From NCBI GenBank assembly GCA_905178155.1, contig CAJINV010000018.1, forward strand, positions 848,609-912,608: a stretch of 64,000 bases of DNA. The letters are read 5' to 3'. Shown here piece by piece: positions 1-13,300 of the stretch. Origin of the DNA: Amoebophrya sp. A120. Lineage: Eukaryota; Protista; Dinoflagellata. The position numbers and the translations under genes are program-made. Numbering within the stretch: position 1 is the first letter of the stretch; every line of letters starts with the position of its first letter. The notes under the pieces are model-generated. The model was not told the origin of the DNA, searched no databases, and saw only the letters and a program-made list of their open reading frames with translations.

Positions 1-185
1 GCTCTACCTCTAGTACAACTTTCTGGTCGTGCATCAAAGAAAAAAAGTTCGTCACGATCACTCATGCGCATTTTCGCAAGACAAAACTTTCTGTCATGCG
101 TAAAAATGCATCACAGCCACACTTCATAAGGGATTTCTCTAGTGTTTCTGCAATACAGAGGAAAGTTGTGATGCTAAAAAAATTT

Positions 186-2432
186 CTAAATGCAAAGCCT
201 GCAAGTTAATGACTGTGATATATAAACTTTTTTCTCTCCATATCGTGATCCCAACATCACGTTCCTCGCCTCGCGAAAAATCCTCTCTTCCAGCATTTTA
301 TCCCGGCAGTCGAGAATGGCCATGCACCGGATGATCTGCACGCACGCAAGCCAATCCAGCTTCTCAAACTCTTTGATCGCTTTCACTTTGCCCAACACCT
401 GCACCAAAAGCGCGTCCTCGCGCCACCGCCACTCGGTGCAGAAGTACAAAATGTTAGACAGATTCCGCAAGTGCACCTTCGCTAATTTTGCGGACGGTTT
501 GTGGCAGAAGATGGCGTTGAAGCAGGCTGGGTGGGATAACTTCCTCAAAAATTCTATCAGTTCTAAAAACGTCCCCACCCCATAGGTGTCACACAATAAA
601 TTCTGCATGCCAAAAACGTTTCTCATGCGCAGGCCCATGAGAAGTAATTTCCAGTCGTGTTTTGGAATTTGTTATGCTATAATCAGCATGCTAAGCTACC
701 TCTGTGATGCTTCCGAACTAGCTGAACAGGACTACAATACAAGGACGGACTTGTCATGCCAAACAACCAAAGTTGGCTGATTTGTCTAGCAGATTTCCGA
801 TCGTGTTGCTGATGTGGGGACGTTTTTACTCAGGATAAATTCCTCCGCAAAGGGAAAGACCAGCCGTTCCTGGTCGCTGTCTGGCAGTTTCGCCATTCCG
901 TACAGAAAACTTCCGACATCGTGACAGTTCCAAAACAGGGCAGGTGGTTCTCGGGCGGCTACAGGCGTAGTGGCAGGGACAGTTGGGCAGCTGGCAACAA
1001 CATCACCGCTGCTTTGCGACTGCGATTCCGAACAAGAATGTGAGGACAGATCACTATCGCGCTCGCCATTAACAAATCCCGGCGACTTTCCTGGTTCGAG
1101 AAACGAATCAGTGTCCTGACCGAGCACTGCTTCCCGGCCTGTTGTCCTGACCGGCCGTTGTCCTGACGGAGCACTGCTTTCGTCCGACAGACCAGAGCCT
1201 CCGCTTTCGGAAAAATTGTCGCGCTCGACGCAATTATCCGCACATTTGGACGACGAGTTTTTATCAGTATCAACAGCATCAATCTCCGGCACGAATAGCA
1301 TTTTCACAGCGAACTCGAACCCTTCCTTCGCCAGGTCGAGGGGTAAAATCCCCCTGCCGCCGAAGGACGCGATGACGTTTGTGAACTCACGGCAGTGTGC
1401 TGGCTCCTTCAGCTGGTCCCAACGTTTTTGCAGCAATCCCTCCATTTCACTGAAAGGCAGATGCAGCTCCGCGCTGGCCGCCGCGGTGAGGGAGCACACC
1501 AGGTCGGTGGGCCGGGCGTGCGGCGAACGCCAGATTTCGTAGAATGTGTCTTGTAATGAAGAGACTGGCGCTGGGCCTCGGGAAATCAAGTCGCCACTGG
1601 TATTGTGGCTTATTTTCTGAAGACCCTTGCCTTCGTTCATGGTTCTTCTTGTAGAAGGCGAGTCATTTTGATTGTTCTGATGGTTGGCGGGGACAAAGGC
1701 TCCTGCTCCGCCTCGTCGTCGCGCTTCTGCTTTGCTCGCTACCGAGCCTTGTTTCTTTCCACCGCCGCCGCGTACAGCTGCGTCGTGGAGCTTGTCCAGC
1801 AAACATTGCACCTCCGGGTGCGCCGTTTGCTCCGCAAGAAACTCAGACGTGTGTTTTCGTAGTTCTGCGGTAGGAACTACGCCTCGGTGCTGATGGGCAG
1901 GTCTTGAAGATGTCGCTTTCGTTTTGATGTTCGTCGACGAGCTGCGAGAAGCGCACTTCGTTGGTCCGTCTCCCCCCGTTGAAATGGAAATCGACACACG
2001 AGAGTTAGGACAGCCAAACACTTGGCTCCTCGTCCTTGGGCCTTTCGCTGCTGCCGCAGGAGTGGCTATTCCCTCTGGGGGTACAACAACTTCGACAGCC
2101 GCGGAGGAGAAACCCCTCGTTGTTCTAGTAGTGAATCCTGCTTGTTCTCCTGGTGATGAATTTACAACGGTTGAGGAACTCCACGCAAGGTGCCCCCCCT
2201 GCAACAACTGACAGTTACAAGCTGTACTTCTACAACAGCTGACCCGATGCTGAAAAACTCCCCCTCGGACTCCGCTGGTGTTGTATAGCTGCAAAAGCCG
2301 CGCAAGGAAGAGGTCGACATTTTTGTATGCATACTGCTGCAGTGCTGGTGCAACCACTGTTGAGTATGTCCTCGATGGATTCATCATCCCGCACGGACGC
2401 CGGGCCTCTCGGTGAAGCGGCTGCAGGCTCAT
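186..2432 (-). CDS. Uncharacterised protein, possibly organelle-targeted helical-repeat (RAP/HPR/OPR-like); split by introner 555-837; both ends uncertain
   Basis: ORFs 786..2498 and 186..554 join in frame (AEEF|LRKL) after removing the element plus the aattc TSD; Arg/Ser-rich N-terminus; helical segments DVGSFLYGMAKL, LRNLSNILYF, LACVQIIRCMAIL. Confidence 0.55.
555..837. mobile_element. Introner family D
   Basis: TAT..ATA ends; TIR AAAACGTCCCCAC / GTGGGGACGTTTT; TSD aattc/aattc. Confidence 0.9.
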
Positions 2433-4372
2433 GATCTGCGCAACAGCACGAAAGGTCCCTTTTCCAGGGAAAATATTCTGCTGGGTCCGCGGACTCACTT
2501 GCCTCGCTTTAAGTGAGACGTAGTTGTCCTCTTACATACTGATGCAGAACTAGCAGCTGTTTATACATGCTTTTTTTTTGGTAGCGGCGTGCGGATGGAA
2601 TAAGTGCTTAGTCGCAAAGAAGCGTGTACTGTCGAAAACTAAATCTGCCAGTGCCCTACGAATCACGATACAAAAACAACACTTCAAGAAAGTGCTAGTA
2701 CTTGCAAAGATCCTTAGTACCGTCCAAGCCAAACTACGACTACTACTCTTTTTAAGGCACTCGTGGTAACTTCATCTGCATTTCTGACTTCATTCAGATC
2801 TCCACAAAACAGAAAAAAAACAAGATCCTTTTCCGCACTGCGCAAAGAATGCTGCCCTTTTGCATGATAGCTGACACGCGATCCTAGCGGCGTGAGGATC
2901 GACCATCTCTTTTCACGACCACCCGTTCCGCAAATTCTTTCATCACTATACCGACGTGAACCGTAACGAGGAAGAGCAGGAGCTGCAGCTACTAGCCACG
3001 ACAAAGACAAATATTATGAGGTAAGTACATAAAAAAACCGAACGCAAATCCAAATCGCGACAGATGAACCAGCATGATCATTATTGAAGTAATATGAGAA
3101 CAGCAAGACATCTATTGATACTGACGCCTGACGGCTCCTCGTGTGTGCGGTCGTCCTCGTCCTTCCTGCCGAAGCTGTGCAACAGAGGACGCGTTGTCAT
3201 CCACAGGACGACGGACCAGCACCTATGGCCGCATTCAGGAGCGATTATTGATAAGATGGGTAAAAAAGTTGGAAACTGGGGTTCATGGTCTGCATCAAAT
3301 CGTGACTTCATGACAATCATATCCCTTTCTGGATGTTGATTCCCAAACGAAAACTACGTGTGGTCTGGGAACGACCCGAAAGTCGAAATGCGTCCACGTG
3401 ACGTCGACAGTAATCAAAGAATAATATACAGCGCACAACGAGGCGGTGGACGAGGATATATAATTGTCTTATTTGATGTCGAGCAGGCTATGCATAGTGT
3501 TGTTGAGCAGACTATAAAATTTTTCAGGGAGCAGGTGTATGCTATACAGGTGTCTTCAGGGAGACTGTGCCATCGGGCAGGGAGTACGTAAAAGAGTGAA
3601 AGGGAAAGAACGCTCTAGCTTTTGATCTTCTCTATGGCTGGGGATGCTCTGGTGGCTGTTCAACATCGTGGGTAGTCTCTATGAAATTAATAATAGGTGA
3701 AAAGTAGACTGTCGTGATAGTGCACAGCTAGACACAGGGCCGCGCATTGCTTTTGTGTTGTTTTCTTGCCAGTAGAATATATGTGAAGATTTAATACTTA
3801 TTTTGGTTTTTCTAGTTTTATTATTACTTTCTTGAACTGCTACTCGATTGTGCGGTAATCTGCGTGTGTGTTGAAAGAGAAAACTGATAATGTGACAGAA
3901 TAGCGAAACAAAATAAAGGACAAAAAATGTGATATGAAAATGTAGTAAACGCAAATAAATTACAAACGAGGATAGCTACCAGACCACAGACTTGGGCTTG
4001 CTGTGCAATTTTTTAGAACTTAAGTAGTCGTGGAACCATTCCTATTCCATTCACTTAAAAACGTATTTCTGTGGGTGGTCCGGTCCCTGTCGCGGAGGCA
4101 TTCAGAATGTCACAGAGAGTAGATAGCCCAAAAATTGTCGACAGCGACCAGCTGCGCGCGTTGCTGCGGAAAGAAGTTCTGAAGAAAACTGGTAGACGAG
4201 TAAAAGTATTTTTTTCATTCCATGTGAACCGCAATTGTACAGATTGTATACGATTAAGTACCACTTCGGGCTTCTGATCTTTTTACTCATAAAACGTCGA
4301 GTAGATATATTCGATTAAGAGTACCAGAGTTGGAGGGACCAAAAAAAAGAAATGCACTCATACACAAGACAA

Positions 4373-4706
4373 TTACCCAAACATGGTAGCGCACTCGCAC
4401 GAGTCCTTGGACAGGTCGTAGCACCCGCAGCACTCGGGCACGGGTGCTAGCTCTTGCTTACCCTTCTTGATCTTGGCGCTGCAGAAATGGTCACAACATT
4501 TTTCCTTGGTGATCTCGCCCTCCTCCGAGTTGGAGCAATCCTGCGGTTGGGTCTTACCAGTGCACACTTGTTTTGGATCTTCCCAAAAATGCTCCCAAGC
4601 TGAATGCCCTCCGAACCCGCAATTGGTTTCCAACTCCCGCGCGTCGTGCGTTTTGTCGCTTTCTATCATGAAGCAACAAATCCCGATTGGGCACGACGGT
4701 TCCCCC
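4373..4706 (-). CDS. Cys-rich terminal exon of a small unknown protein
   Basis: Many Cys (CC, CCxxxC, CCxC, CxC) in ORF 4373..4846, preceded by a tttcag acceptor; upstream exons not resolved. Confidence 0.4.
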
Positions 4707-5646
4707 TGAAATTGAGTGGTTTTCCTCCTCGCCGGTCTTCCTCCTAGCATCAGATACAACGACAAAACTTCTTTAGTATTACCTTTGGCTTTGATAGGAG
4801 TGGACGATTGCTTCCGGGCTTTTGTTTCACGACTTGAACGAAACAAATACGAATTTCTTGCACGACGTCACGAGTCTCGTTCGACGAGCTGCATGTATAT
4901 CAGTAATATCTTTAATTACTTATCTTGCTCTTTGCGAAGTACGAAACAAATCTACTACTTTGCACGACGAGGACGACCCACTAAATTTTGTATGAACTTG
5001 TTGTCCTCGAAAGATATCCATATTTATGGTAGAAGTTCTCCCAGCTGCTTGCGCGATTCATCTATCAGTAGTGGCTCACGAAGAAAACGACCTTTGGCAC
5101 CTGCAACTTGAACTTCTATATCTTCTTGACAACTTTGTCTTTGACAAAGTATCAAAATTGGAGAAAATTGGCAACATTGTCAACCGGCTAATCTACTTTC
5201 CTCGTGTAGTCGAGCGCGTCTTTGCACTTCGTCGACGAGATACAGCATTCAGAAGCGCCCTGAACGAAGCCACGAGGTTTTGGATCCAAAACGAACAACG
5301 AGGGAAAAAAGTTTTAAGCAACATACCAATCTATCACGATCGGCAATCTGGCCCTTCTCAACCAAAAGAAGGCGGTCACTTATTATCGGAAGCTGTTGCA
5401 CCTGCATCTTGCTTCCAAAAGAATCTTTTGAAGCCCGGAGTTCGATTGAGTAAATTATCGATCCTCTTCGAGGACAGACTTGTTCGAGCACAGCTAAAAG
5501 TAATGCTTGCAGCTGTGAGTTTTATTTGTTTTCCTCTTGCTTTTGCAGCTGCTGAACAAAGACAAACTGTAACTACTACTACTTATAATAAAGAAAAACA
5601 GAGCTGCTTATCTCCTTCACATCAACTTCTATGAACATGAAGATAA

Positions 5647-8417
5647 TTACAACGGATACCCGGCCGGTCGTAAATCTCCCGGGTACCCGATCCACCACTC
5701 GAACCCGTCTGTATTATCTCCAACCATTTGAATCCGGTTATTTCCATCTTCCCGAACGTTGGAGATCCTGAAGTGAAAGTCCACCAGTTGCTTAACATCT
5801 GTCTTGCTGTTCCAAACGGTAATTTTGTCACCCTTCTCGCTGTCGGAATGCTCAATCTCCCAGTCCCGCCAGGACGTGACTCGGTCTTTTCCCAAGTCCC
5901 CGGAGCTGTAGCGCCCCTTCCGGTAGATGACGTTTTCAATCACAAACTCCCGGTAGTGCTGCATGGGCGTGTAGATATGCACTAACGCTGGGCAAAGGTC
6001 GTCGCAATAGAGGCCGGACAGCTTCCAGTTTCCGATCTCCTTGTCCGGTGCGAACGCCCAGTCGCTATTGTAAGAATACGATGCTCCGATGATCGCCGAG
6101 GGAAGCGCTTCTTTATCCCAAGACTTAAACCTCGTGTGCAGAATCGTGATGTCTTTCGCGTTATCAAATGCAAAAATGTCTGGGTTTGGAAGGGTGCGCG
6201 GTTCGCCATGCAGCTTTTCCATGACCCATGAGGTCTGGAATGCAGCACCTAGCATGACAGATTCTGCGCGATCTCTCTCATGCCTATCCTGCATGAGAAA
6301 CTCCCGACCGACTTGGTCAAAACTGGCCGAGTTTTGGTAATCATGCAACACAGATTTTTGCATGCTTCAGATAGAGCATGACAAGTAGCATTCTTCCAGA
6401 CGCAGACCCAGACATTTTTACATTTGATACGCGTACACGTTCTGCAGGTTTTGCGGCGCCCAGCCCATCTGGAACACCGGGTCGTTCGGGCCTTTCCACA
6501 CGGAGATCCGCTCTATCAAAAGGAAAAATCCCCCCTCCCCAAATCGCAAACGAACTTTGTGATGCTGTATTTGAGTACACAAGTCGACTTGTAATGCTAG
6601 AAGGCCAAGAGACGCAGCTGTGGCCTCGTTTGCAGGCACTTTGTCATGCTGTTTCCCACTTCCAGCTGCCCTCTGTCGTGCTGAAGACGCAAGGCTTTCC
6701 CACGCCAACCAGCACTACAGTCCGCATCTTTTCCCTTCTAGCATGACAAAGCTGACTTGTGACCACAAATCTGCATCACAAATTTCTAGTTTGAGTATGG
6801 GGTGGGGGGATTTTTCATTTTGATACGCTCGTACTGAATGTCCGAGTGGTAAGTTTTCAGCCCGTCGTCGTTCGTGTGCACCAGACTGTCCTTGAACACA
6901 CTGCCCGGGTACAGCGTGAGCCCGTCGGTCTGCAAGAACCAGCCGCCGACTTGCTTGTAGTCCGTGGCGAAAATCTTTGGCTCGTTGTACATGTCGTGGG
7001 AATTAAACGGCGGGTCGGTCATGGTCACCCCGTGGAGGATAAAGGTCTGCTGCCCGGGTGAACCGTTCCAGGATTTCCACATGCGCAGGGACGCAGCGTC
7101 CGACTTCACACTCTCGTAGGATCTGTCGGGATTCGCCTGGTACACGTAATCAGACCCGGTCAATACCCCGTAGCCCGTCGCCGCGTAGGTCCCATTCTCC
7201 TCGGCGTATTGCCAGTGAACCGCAGATTTCACGTACGCCCAGTGCGCGAAGTGCACCCAGGCTTGGGATTCCGTCAGCGTCATGTGGTTTTCGCCGCGTT
7301 TTCCAGTTTTCCCTTGTCGGTTTGTGTCCATCCAGTAGACACCCGGGGGGAAATAGAGAACTTTCTTAGCGGATTTGTAGTTGTCCAAACTGATCGGGCC
7401 GGGTTGCATCACGAGAATTTCGTTCTCTTCGTAGACGGAAAAAGGGTCTTTCTCCCGCTCCAGCGGCGGCGAGACGAAAAGAAACAAGACATGTTTCGGC
7501 TCCCGGCCGACAATAGCGCCATCGGCCGCTCGGAAAACGATTTGTGACTCAATATCGTCGAACTCGATGGAGATTTGCCGGATCTTGGGGTTGGCCTTGT
7601 CGAAAGGGATCAAAAGCTCGATAGAATTTTCGTCAAGCGCTTTATCCGTGTTGACGACAATGTCCTCGTTGTTGAAAACCGGTTTGACGTGGCAACTGCT
7701 GAACCACTTTTTCAAATCCACCCCAGACTTTCCACCATCCCTGGCCGTGAGTTTCACCTTGATCGTGTTCTTGTAAACGATCTGCGTATACGCCATGGTC
7801 TGCTGTTTCACCAAAGCATCTATCCCATCGTCATCTTTCCCCGTAGGGATTCGGTCCAAAGGCCAGGGCCGTTGCCAGTCCCGGGGTCGTTGAATTTTCC
7901 CCTTCCCGCCGCGCGGAAGGGTCTCGAACACGAAAGATGGCTGCTCATCGACAGACACTTTCCAGTGTAAGGACTCCCGGACGAAGTCTGCCCGTTTCCA
8001 TCCGTCCCAGCTGTAGTCCGTCCGGCCGTTCGGCGGTTTGGGTTGTACGCAGAAGTCCACGTCGGGGGACAGGCAAAGCGACGTGTCCTCGGGAGCAGTC
8101 GGCGGGCGGACAATAAGTGGCATTTGCCCTCCAGGTTGAGGTTGTTGCAGTTTTTCTTTTTCATCTTCGGGATTCTTGACATTGATGAGGACTGAAGCAG
8201 TTTTACTACCAGGATCCACCTCAGGGCTCTTCTTTTCCTTTCCTCCAGGAGTGGTCGGCGCCCCACCTAATTCTTTCGTCGAAGAAGTTGTACCCGCGAT
8301 TACACCCGCCTCGCCGCTACTCGTATTAACCCAAGTGGACGAAACGGGAAGACCACATACAGGATCAATTAAATGTAAAAAGAAAGAAAAGATAAAGTGT
8401 GTTGCAGGGAACATCAT
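5647..8417 (-). CDS. Secreted glycoside hydrolase family 49 (dextranase/isopullulanase-like), 3 exons
   Basis: Signal-like MMFPATHFIFSFFLHLI; motifs LYFPPGVYWM, YKQVGGWFLQTDG, HTNDDGLKTYHS; splices restore QYE|RISVWKGPNDPVFQMGW and NVYA|KDITILHTRF. Confidence 0.85.
6162..6429. mobile_element. Introner family B
   Basis: TIR TATCAAATGCAAAAATGTCTGGG; TSD cgcgt/cgcgt. Confidence 0.95.
6514..6825. mobile_element. Introner family D variant
   Basis: TIR TATCAAAANGAAAAATCCCCC; TSD cgctc/cgctc. Confidence 0.9.
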
Positions 8418-10366
8418 TTTGTTCTTCAGCTGGAGCAAAAAATCGAAAAAGGCCAAGGATCTAGTACTAGTAGTAGTACACTGATATAATATACGAATTC
8501 AAAAAGAATGCTTAATCCATAGTTTGGAAAATTTATTTTGGAGACCTGGAAACGCAAGTGCGGCGCGCATGCTTCAGCCAGAAGTTTATCTAGGACGAAA
8601 AAAACTCAATAAACCGATCTATATCTTGTTTCTCTTTTGAATAATACCACTTTGAGAGCAAAGTTGTTTTCAATTTTGATCTGACACGTTGAGGATCTAT
8701 TTTTTTAGACCATTTAGATCGTAAATCTTGTTGCAAAACACACACACGAAATTTCGCATGGAAACAGAAACCATTTTAGCCTTTAAGATGGGAATCAGAG
8801 GAAGCCTCACACGAACTCAACCTGAAAAAATCGCACCGACTCGGAGCCCTCATACCGATGAGAATAAGTAGGCAAGAAAAAAGACGCACTGCGTCCCCTG
8901 CCACCTCACCGATTTTTGTCTCGTTGCCCTTCGAAGCACCAACCAGGAAGAGAACAAAGTTTCGGAGTGCTCGCTTGATGAATTGTCAAAGAATTCCGAA
9001 GAGAACAGGATTTCGAATTTTAGATCGAATTCGAATTTTAGATCGTAAAAAACAATACGATCTAGACAAAATGAAAAGTAGAAGCAACGAGATTTTGGGT
9101 CCGAGACCGAGACGAACAATGAGGCAACCAAAGTATAGCATGATAGTACCAATCACGATCGCTAATCTGTATCTGGCGCTGACCCTTCTGCTCGACCAAA
9201 AATAATCGGAAGCCGGTGGTGCACCACGTGCATCGCGACAAGCGCGACTAGTTTTTAGTTTCTTTGCATTTACCTGGGTTCATTTTCGGCTTGTGCGAAA
9301 AAAAGTTCCCGGAAAAAACTTCGTGTAAAACGAAAACGTAGCTGTACGACGGACTGACAAGTATCAAAGAAATCTCCAGCTGCTGCTGTCGCCAACAACA
9401 GAACAAGAATGAAACTTTGATGTGCTGGTCGAAATCAAAAACTTTACTTTTCACGAATAATCTTCAATATCTGGTACGATGTCCTTACTGACGTATTGGT
9501 TTAAAGGTTTCGCGACTGCGTGAGGATCTGTTGCAGGTACAAATCAGGAAGAAGCCGCTCGCCGTGGCGCGACGAGGGATAGTTCCACTTTCGAGATGTT
9601 GTTCCTTCTGGTGCACGGGGTTGAAAAAAAAACCGCCGTCCGTTTTTTTTGCGGATCAGAAAGGCCAGCACTGCGCTTCGAGTGAATACGACTACGGCAA
9701 GAGAACTCTTAGTCTTCAGCTTCACGTTAAATGAAGAGCATGCACGATTTTATTCCTGCGCATCGGATTCTCGCTGTCGCTCGTTTTCCTTTTCTTGTCC
9801 ATCCGACGTTACTGTTGTTGCGGAACGAAGAATTGCTGGTGCTGTTGCCCATTTACGACGGCTCCGCGTGGCCACGAAGACCCCAGACTGTTGGGCGTGC
9901 CGTGGTGTATGCGACGGTAAACGTACTACTTCTAGCCATATTTTTTTTTTTTTACCATCGTTCAACATCAAAAGAAGAAGTTCTCATGGCAACACAAGCA
10001 GGTTGTGTTTGTGAAGGAAGCAGGCCGCATCAGACCATGAATGTTCAATGTTTCTGACTCGGAGCCGTGACAAAAAAGATGCAGATTTATTTGAGATAAA
10101 TTTAGTTTTGCTTCATTTCGCAGCATGACAACAGTTGAGGAATTTGCAACGAGAAAAGTGTGCTCGTTGACCCGCCAGGTCTTGATGGCAATTGTATGCT
10201 AAAGCAGAAAAATTCATCACATTTCATATGGTGGGATGGGCTGCGAGAGCCGCGCCGCCTTGGCCCCCGACGTCCTATGGCTGTGCCGCGTATGGAGTGG
10301 GTCCCTGTGTTGATTTTTTGATACCGATGACGATGCAGCAACGCCTCACAAATACATAGATACTAG

Positions 10367-13300
10367 TCATGGCGCGCGCGCGCTCAAAATCTTCCATGCA
10401 CAACACGTGGCTTCTAAATGAAGTTGAGGAACATCGTAGCGCTTCAGAAGAAACATTTTCTTGAACTTAGTCCCACCTGGTAGCGATCTGCTCCGTGGCT
10501 TGCTTTGCAGAGAGTGCAAAGCGGCAATCGGCCGAGACCGTAGCTGCTCGTAGATGGCTTGGTTCTGCGGGTAATGCGGATTATGGGCGTACACGTCCGG
10601 AAGATTTGCAGCTGCTTGTGGCCCTCCTGCTGTACCAAGTGGCCCCATGTCCAGCCCGCTATGCATTACAAAAGTATCGTACTAGTAGAAATAGCATTAC
10701 AAATCTTTCCAGAGTGAAAAATGCAATTTGTAATGCTGAATAGGCTAAGAAACCAGATTTGTCATGCATGACTGCAATTACTACGCGTACGATGCTTTTG
10801 CACAGGATACCCGCCATGAAACAGCAAATTCGAGTTCGACCCGATCGTATGAAGTGCGAAAATGTCTGGGTCTGCAGGGTGGAACTTGTAATGCTGTCTG
10901 CGCATTCTGAAAATATCTGTGTTGCATGAGCAGCGAGAGGAGTCAGTTCTTGGCACGCGGAGAGGGCATTTCTGATGCGTAATTAGCATCAAGAAGCTCT
11001 CAAAAAATCTGTGATGCTAGCACCAGCATCACAGACCTCACGGGTCATGCAAAATGTGCATGACACGTCCCGGCTCTTCCAGACCCAGACATATTTGCAT
11101 TTGATAGATCGCGCCTGCTGCTTGTTGCGAAGCTCCTGCTGCGAGGGAGCTGTTGTACTGGTAGTGCATTTGCATCATCTTCTGTTGGTGTAATTCTTGC
11201 TCCATCTGCTGCTGTTGCTGGAGTTGCAGCTGCCGCATCGCGGGGTTGTACTGTTGCTGCTGCTCCAAAAATTGTACTGGCGATGTAGAGGAACTTGTCC
11301 CCCCAGCAGCATTATTGCCATTCAAATTATTCCCACCACCAAAGTGATGCTGTGTTGGTGTAGTTGTACTGCCTCTACCGGCGAAATGTTCTTGCAGCAG
11401 ATGCTCCCTCGCCATTGCCGCGCGCCCGCCTGGAGGCACGGATCGGGGCCTCGTTGAGGAGCTGGAGGATGCGCCAGCACCGGAAGATGAATTCATGCGC
11501 AGGGCTTGCGCCCGTCGCCGAATTTGGTTCACCTGGTCCGTCGAGGAAAAATCGAAATTTCCGTGCAGCAAGTTTTCCATGATCTCCTTATGCTCTGGAT
11601 CGCTCTGCAATTGCTGCATCAAGGAGGAAGCTGCTCCACCCGCCCCGAAGTTATTGTCATTGCTCCCCAATCCATCATAACCCCTTCTGCTCATCCGGCC
11701 TCGCGCCGCGTGGTAACTTTCCACGGCCTCCGCGATGTCCACGTGGTCGTCTTCAGCGCCAAATCGAACTGCTTTTTGGATCGATGACGCTGTTTGGGGC
11801 AGTACTGGCACGGGTTCCGAAGAGGAGCCTCCTCCTCCTCCTGTTGGCTCCGTCTCGCTCATGTTGGGCGGACTCGTTTGCGGCACGGCCTGCTGGTGCT
11901 CCCCCGCCTGCTGGATCATCAGCTCGCCCTGGTACGGTACTACCCCGTTCATCAATACCGGCATCATCATCCCGTTGTCAGAATGCGCGCCACTGGCAAG
12001 GTTCTGCAGCGTATTAGCCGGTATGGGCAGCTCGGTGTCGACGTAGTGCGGGGGGTGTTGCTGGTCGTTGTCAACACCATTTGAGTTGGTGTTGTACTGC
12101 TGCATCTGCCGTTGCTGAAATTCGAACTCATCCGTCTGGTGCCGTTGGTGCTGTCCGCCGCTTGCTAGGGGCGTACTCGAGCTGGAACTTGACGGCTGGT
12201 TCCCTGTGTATAACGGGTTGGACGTTGTGGTAAGAACCACATGCGGATGCTGGTGCAGCGCACCACCAGAACCTCCAGCTGCACTGGAACTACTACTCGA
12301 CGTACTGTAAACGACCCAATGCTGGAGCAACCCCAGCATGTGCTCGATCTGGTTTCGCAGCCGCACCTTCGTGATGGCCGGCATGCCCTCGCTCTGCTGG
12401 ATCTCCTGCAGTTTGTCCAACGCGGACTCCCACTTCGTGTGCAGGCTCTGGTCGAAGTGCCGCTGCTTCTCGGACATGCTGACAAGTTCGGACCGCAGCT
12501 GCGCGATCTCCCGCGCCTCGTCTTTGCCGTCTCGGATCCGCAGCTCCTCTTGCAGTGCCTCAATCTTGGAGTGCGCCATATCCAGCTCGTTCTGGTACGC
12601 CATAATGCTGTCGTCGCGTTTATGCAATACAAATTTCCCGTACATGTACAAAATGCATCACAAACTTCGCTAACTTTGAATGCCAAACTTGTCATGCTGA
12701 CTAAGATTGAAGGCAAGTTTTGTCATGCAGAGACAGCATTTGTACGTGTACAGGAAATTTACTGTGGATAGCGCTCGCGGAGGCGCTGGGTGAAAGTCCG
12801 CATGATGTCCCGCTGCTTGAGTAGAAGCGACTTGTATCTGGTCGTTGATCATGGGGAGGGTAATAAATGTGTAGTGACGCTGCATATTCATATTCGTAAT
12901 TTCATCCGTTAAAGTTCGACACAAGTAGTTGCAGAAGTGCTGAAGAAGAAAGAAGTGACAATACAATCGAATACATTTGTTAATGTTAACTCTTCTAACA
13001 GACATTAGACATAGTTCTACCTCTGTATCTGCTTCCGGTCCTCGGTGATGGTGGATTTTTCACCCTCGAGCTGGGCGAGCTTTTGTTCGTATGCACGGTA
13101 AAAGAACAAGTATCGCAATGTTCGCAATGGCACTACTTAACACTAGTTGTAGTTCTAGATGTATGACTTGCATTTACAAATTTCTTCAACCTAAAATGTT
13201 ATGATGGATCAGCATCAGTTACATGCACAACTTTAACTGCAAGTGCAATCACGACGAGTCTACGATTTTTCCTTTGCTTTTGCACTGAATACTTCATAGT

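Noticed and set aside
5026-5634. Plus-strand 202-aa ORF, and other plus-strand ORFs overlapping genes
   Set aside because: No recognisable motifs; consistent with chance or antisense shadows in a minus-strand gene block.
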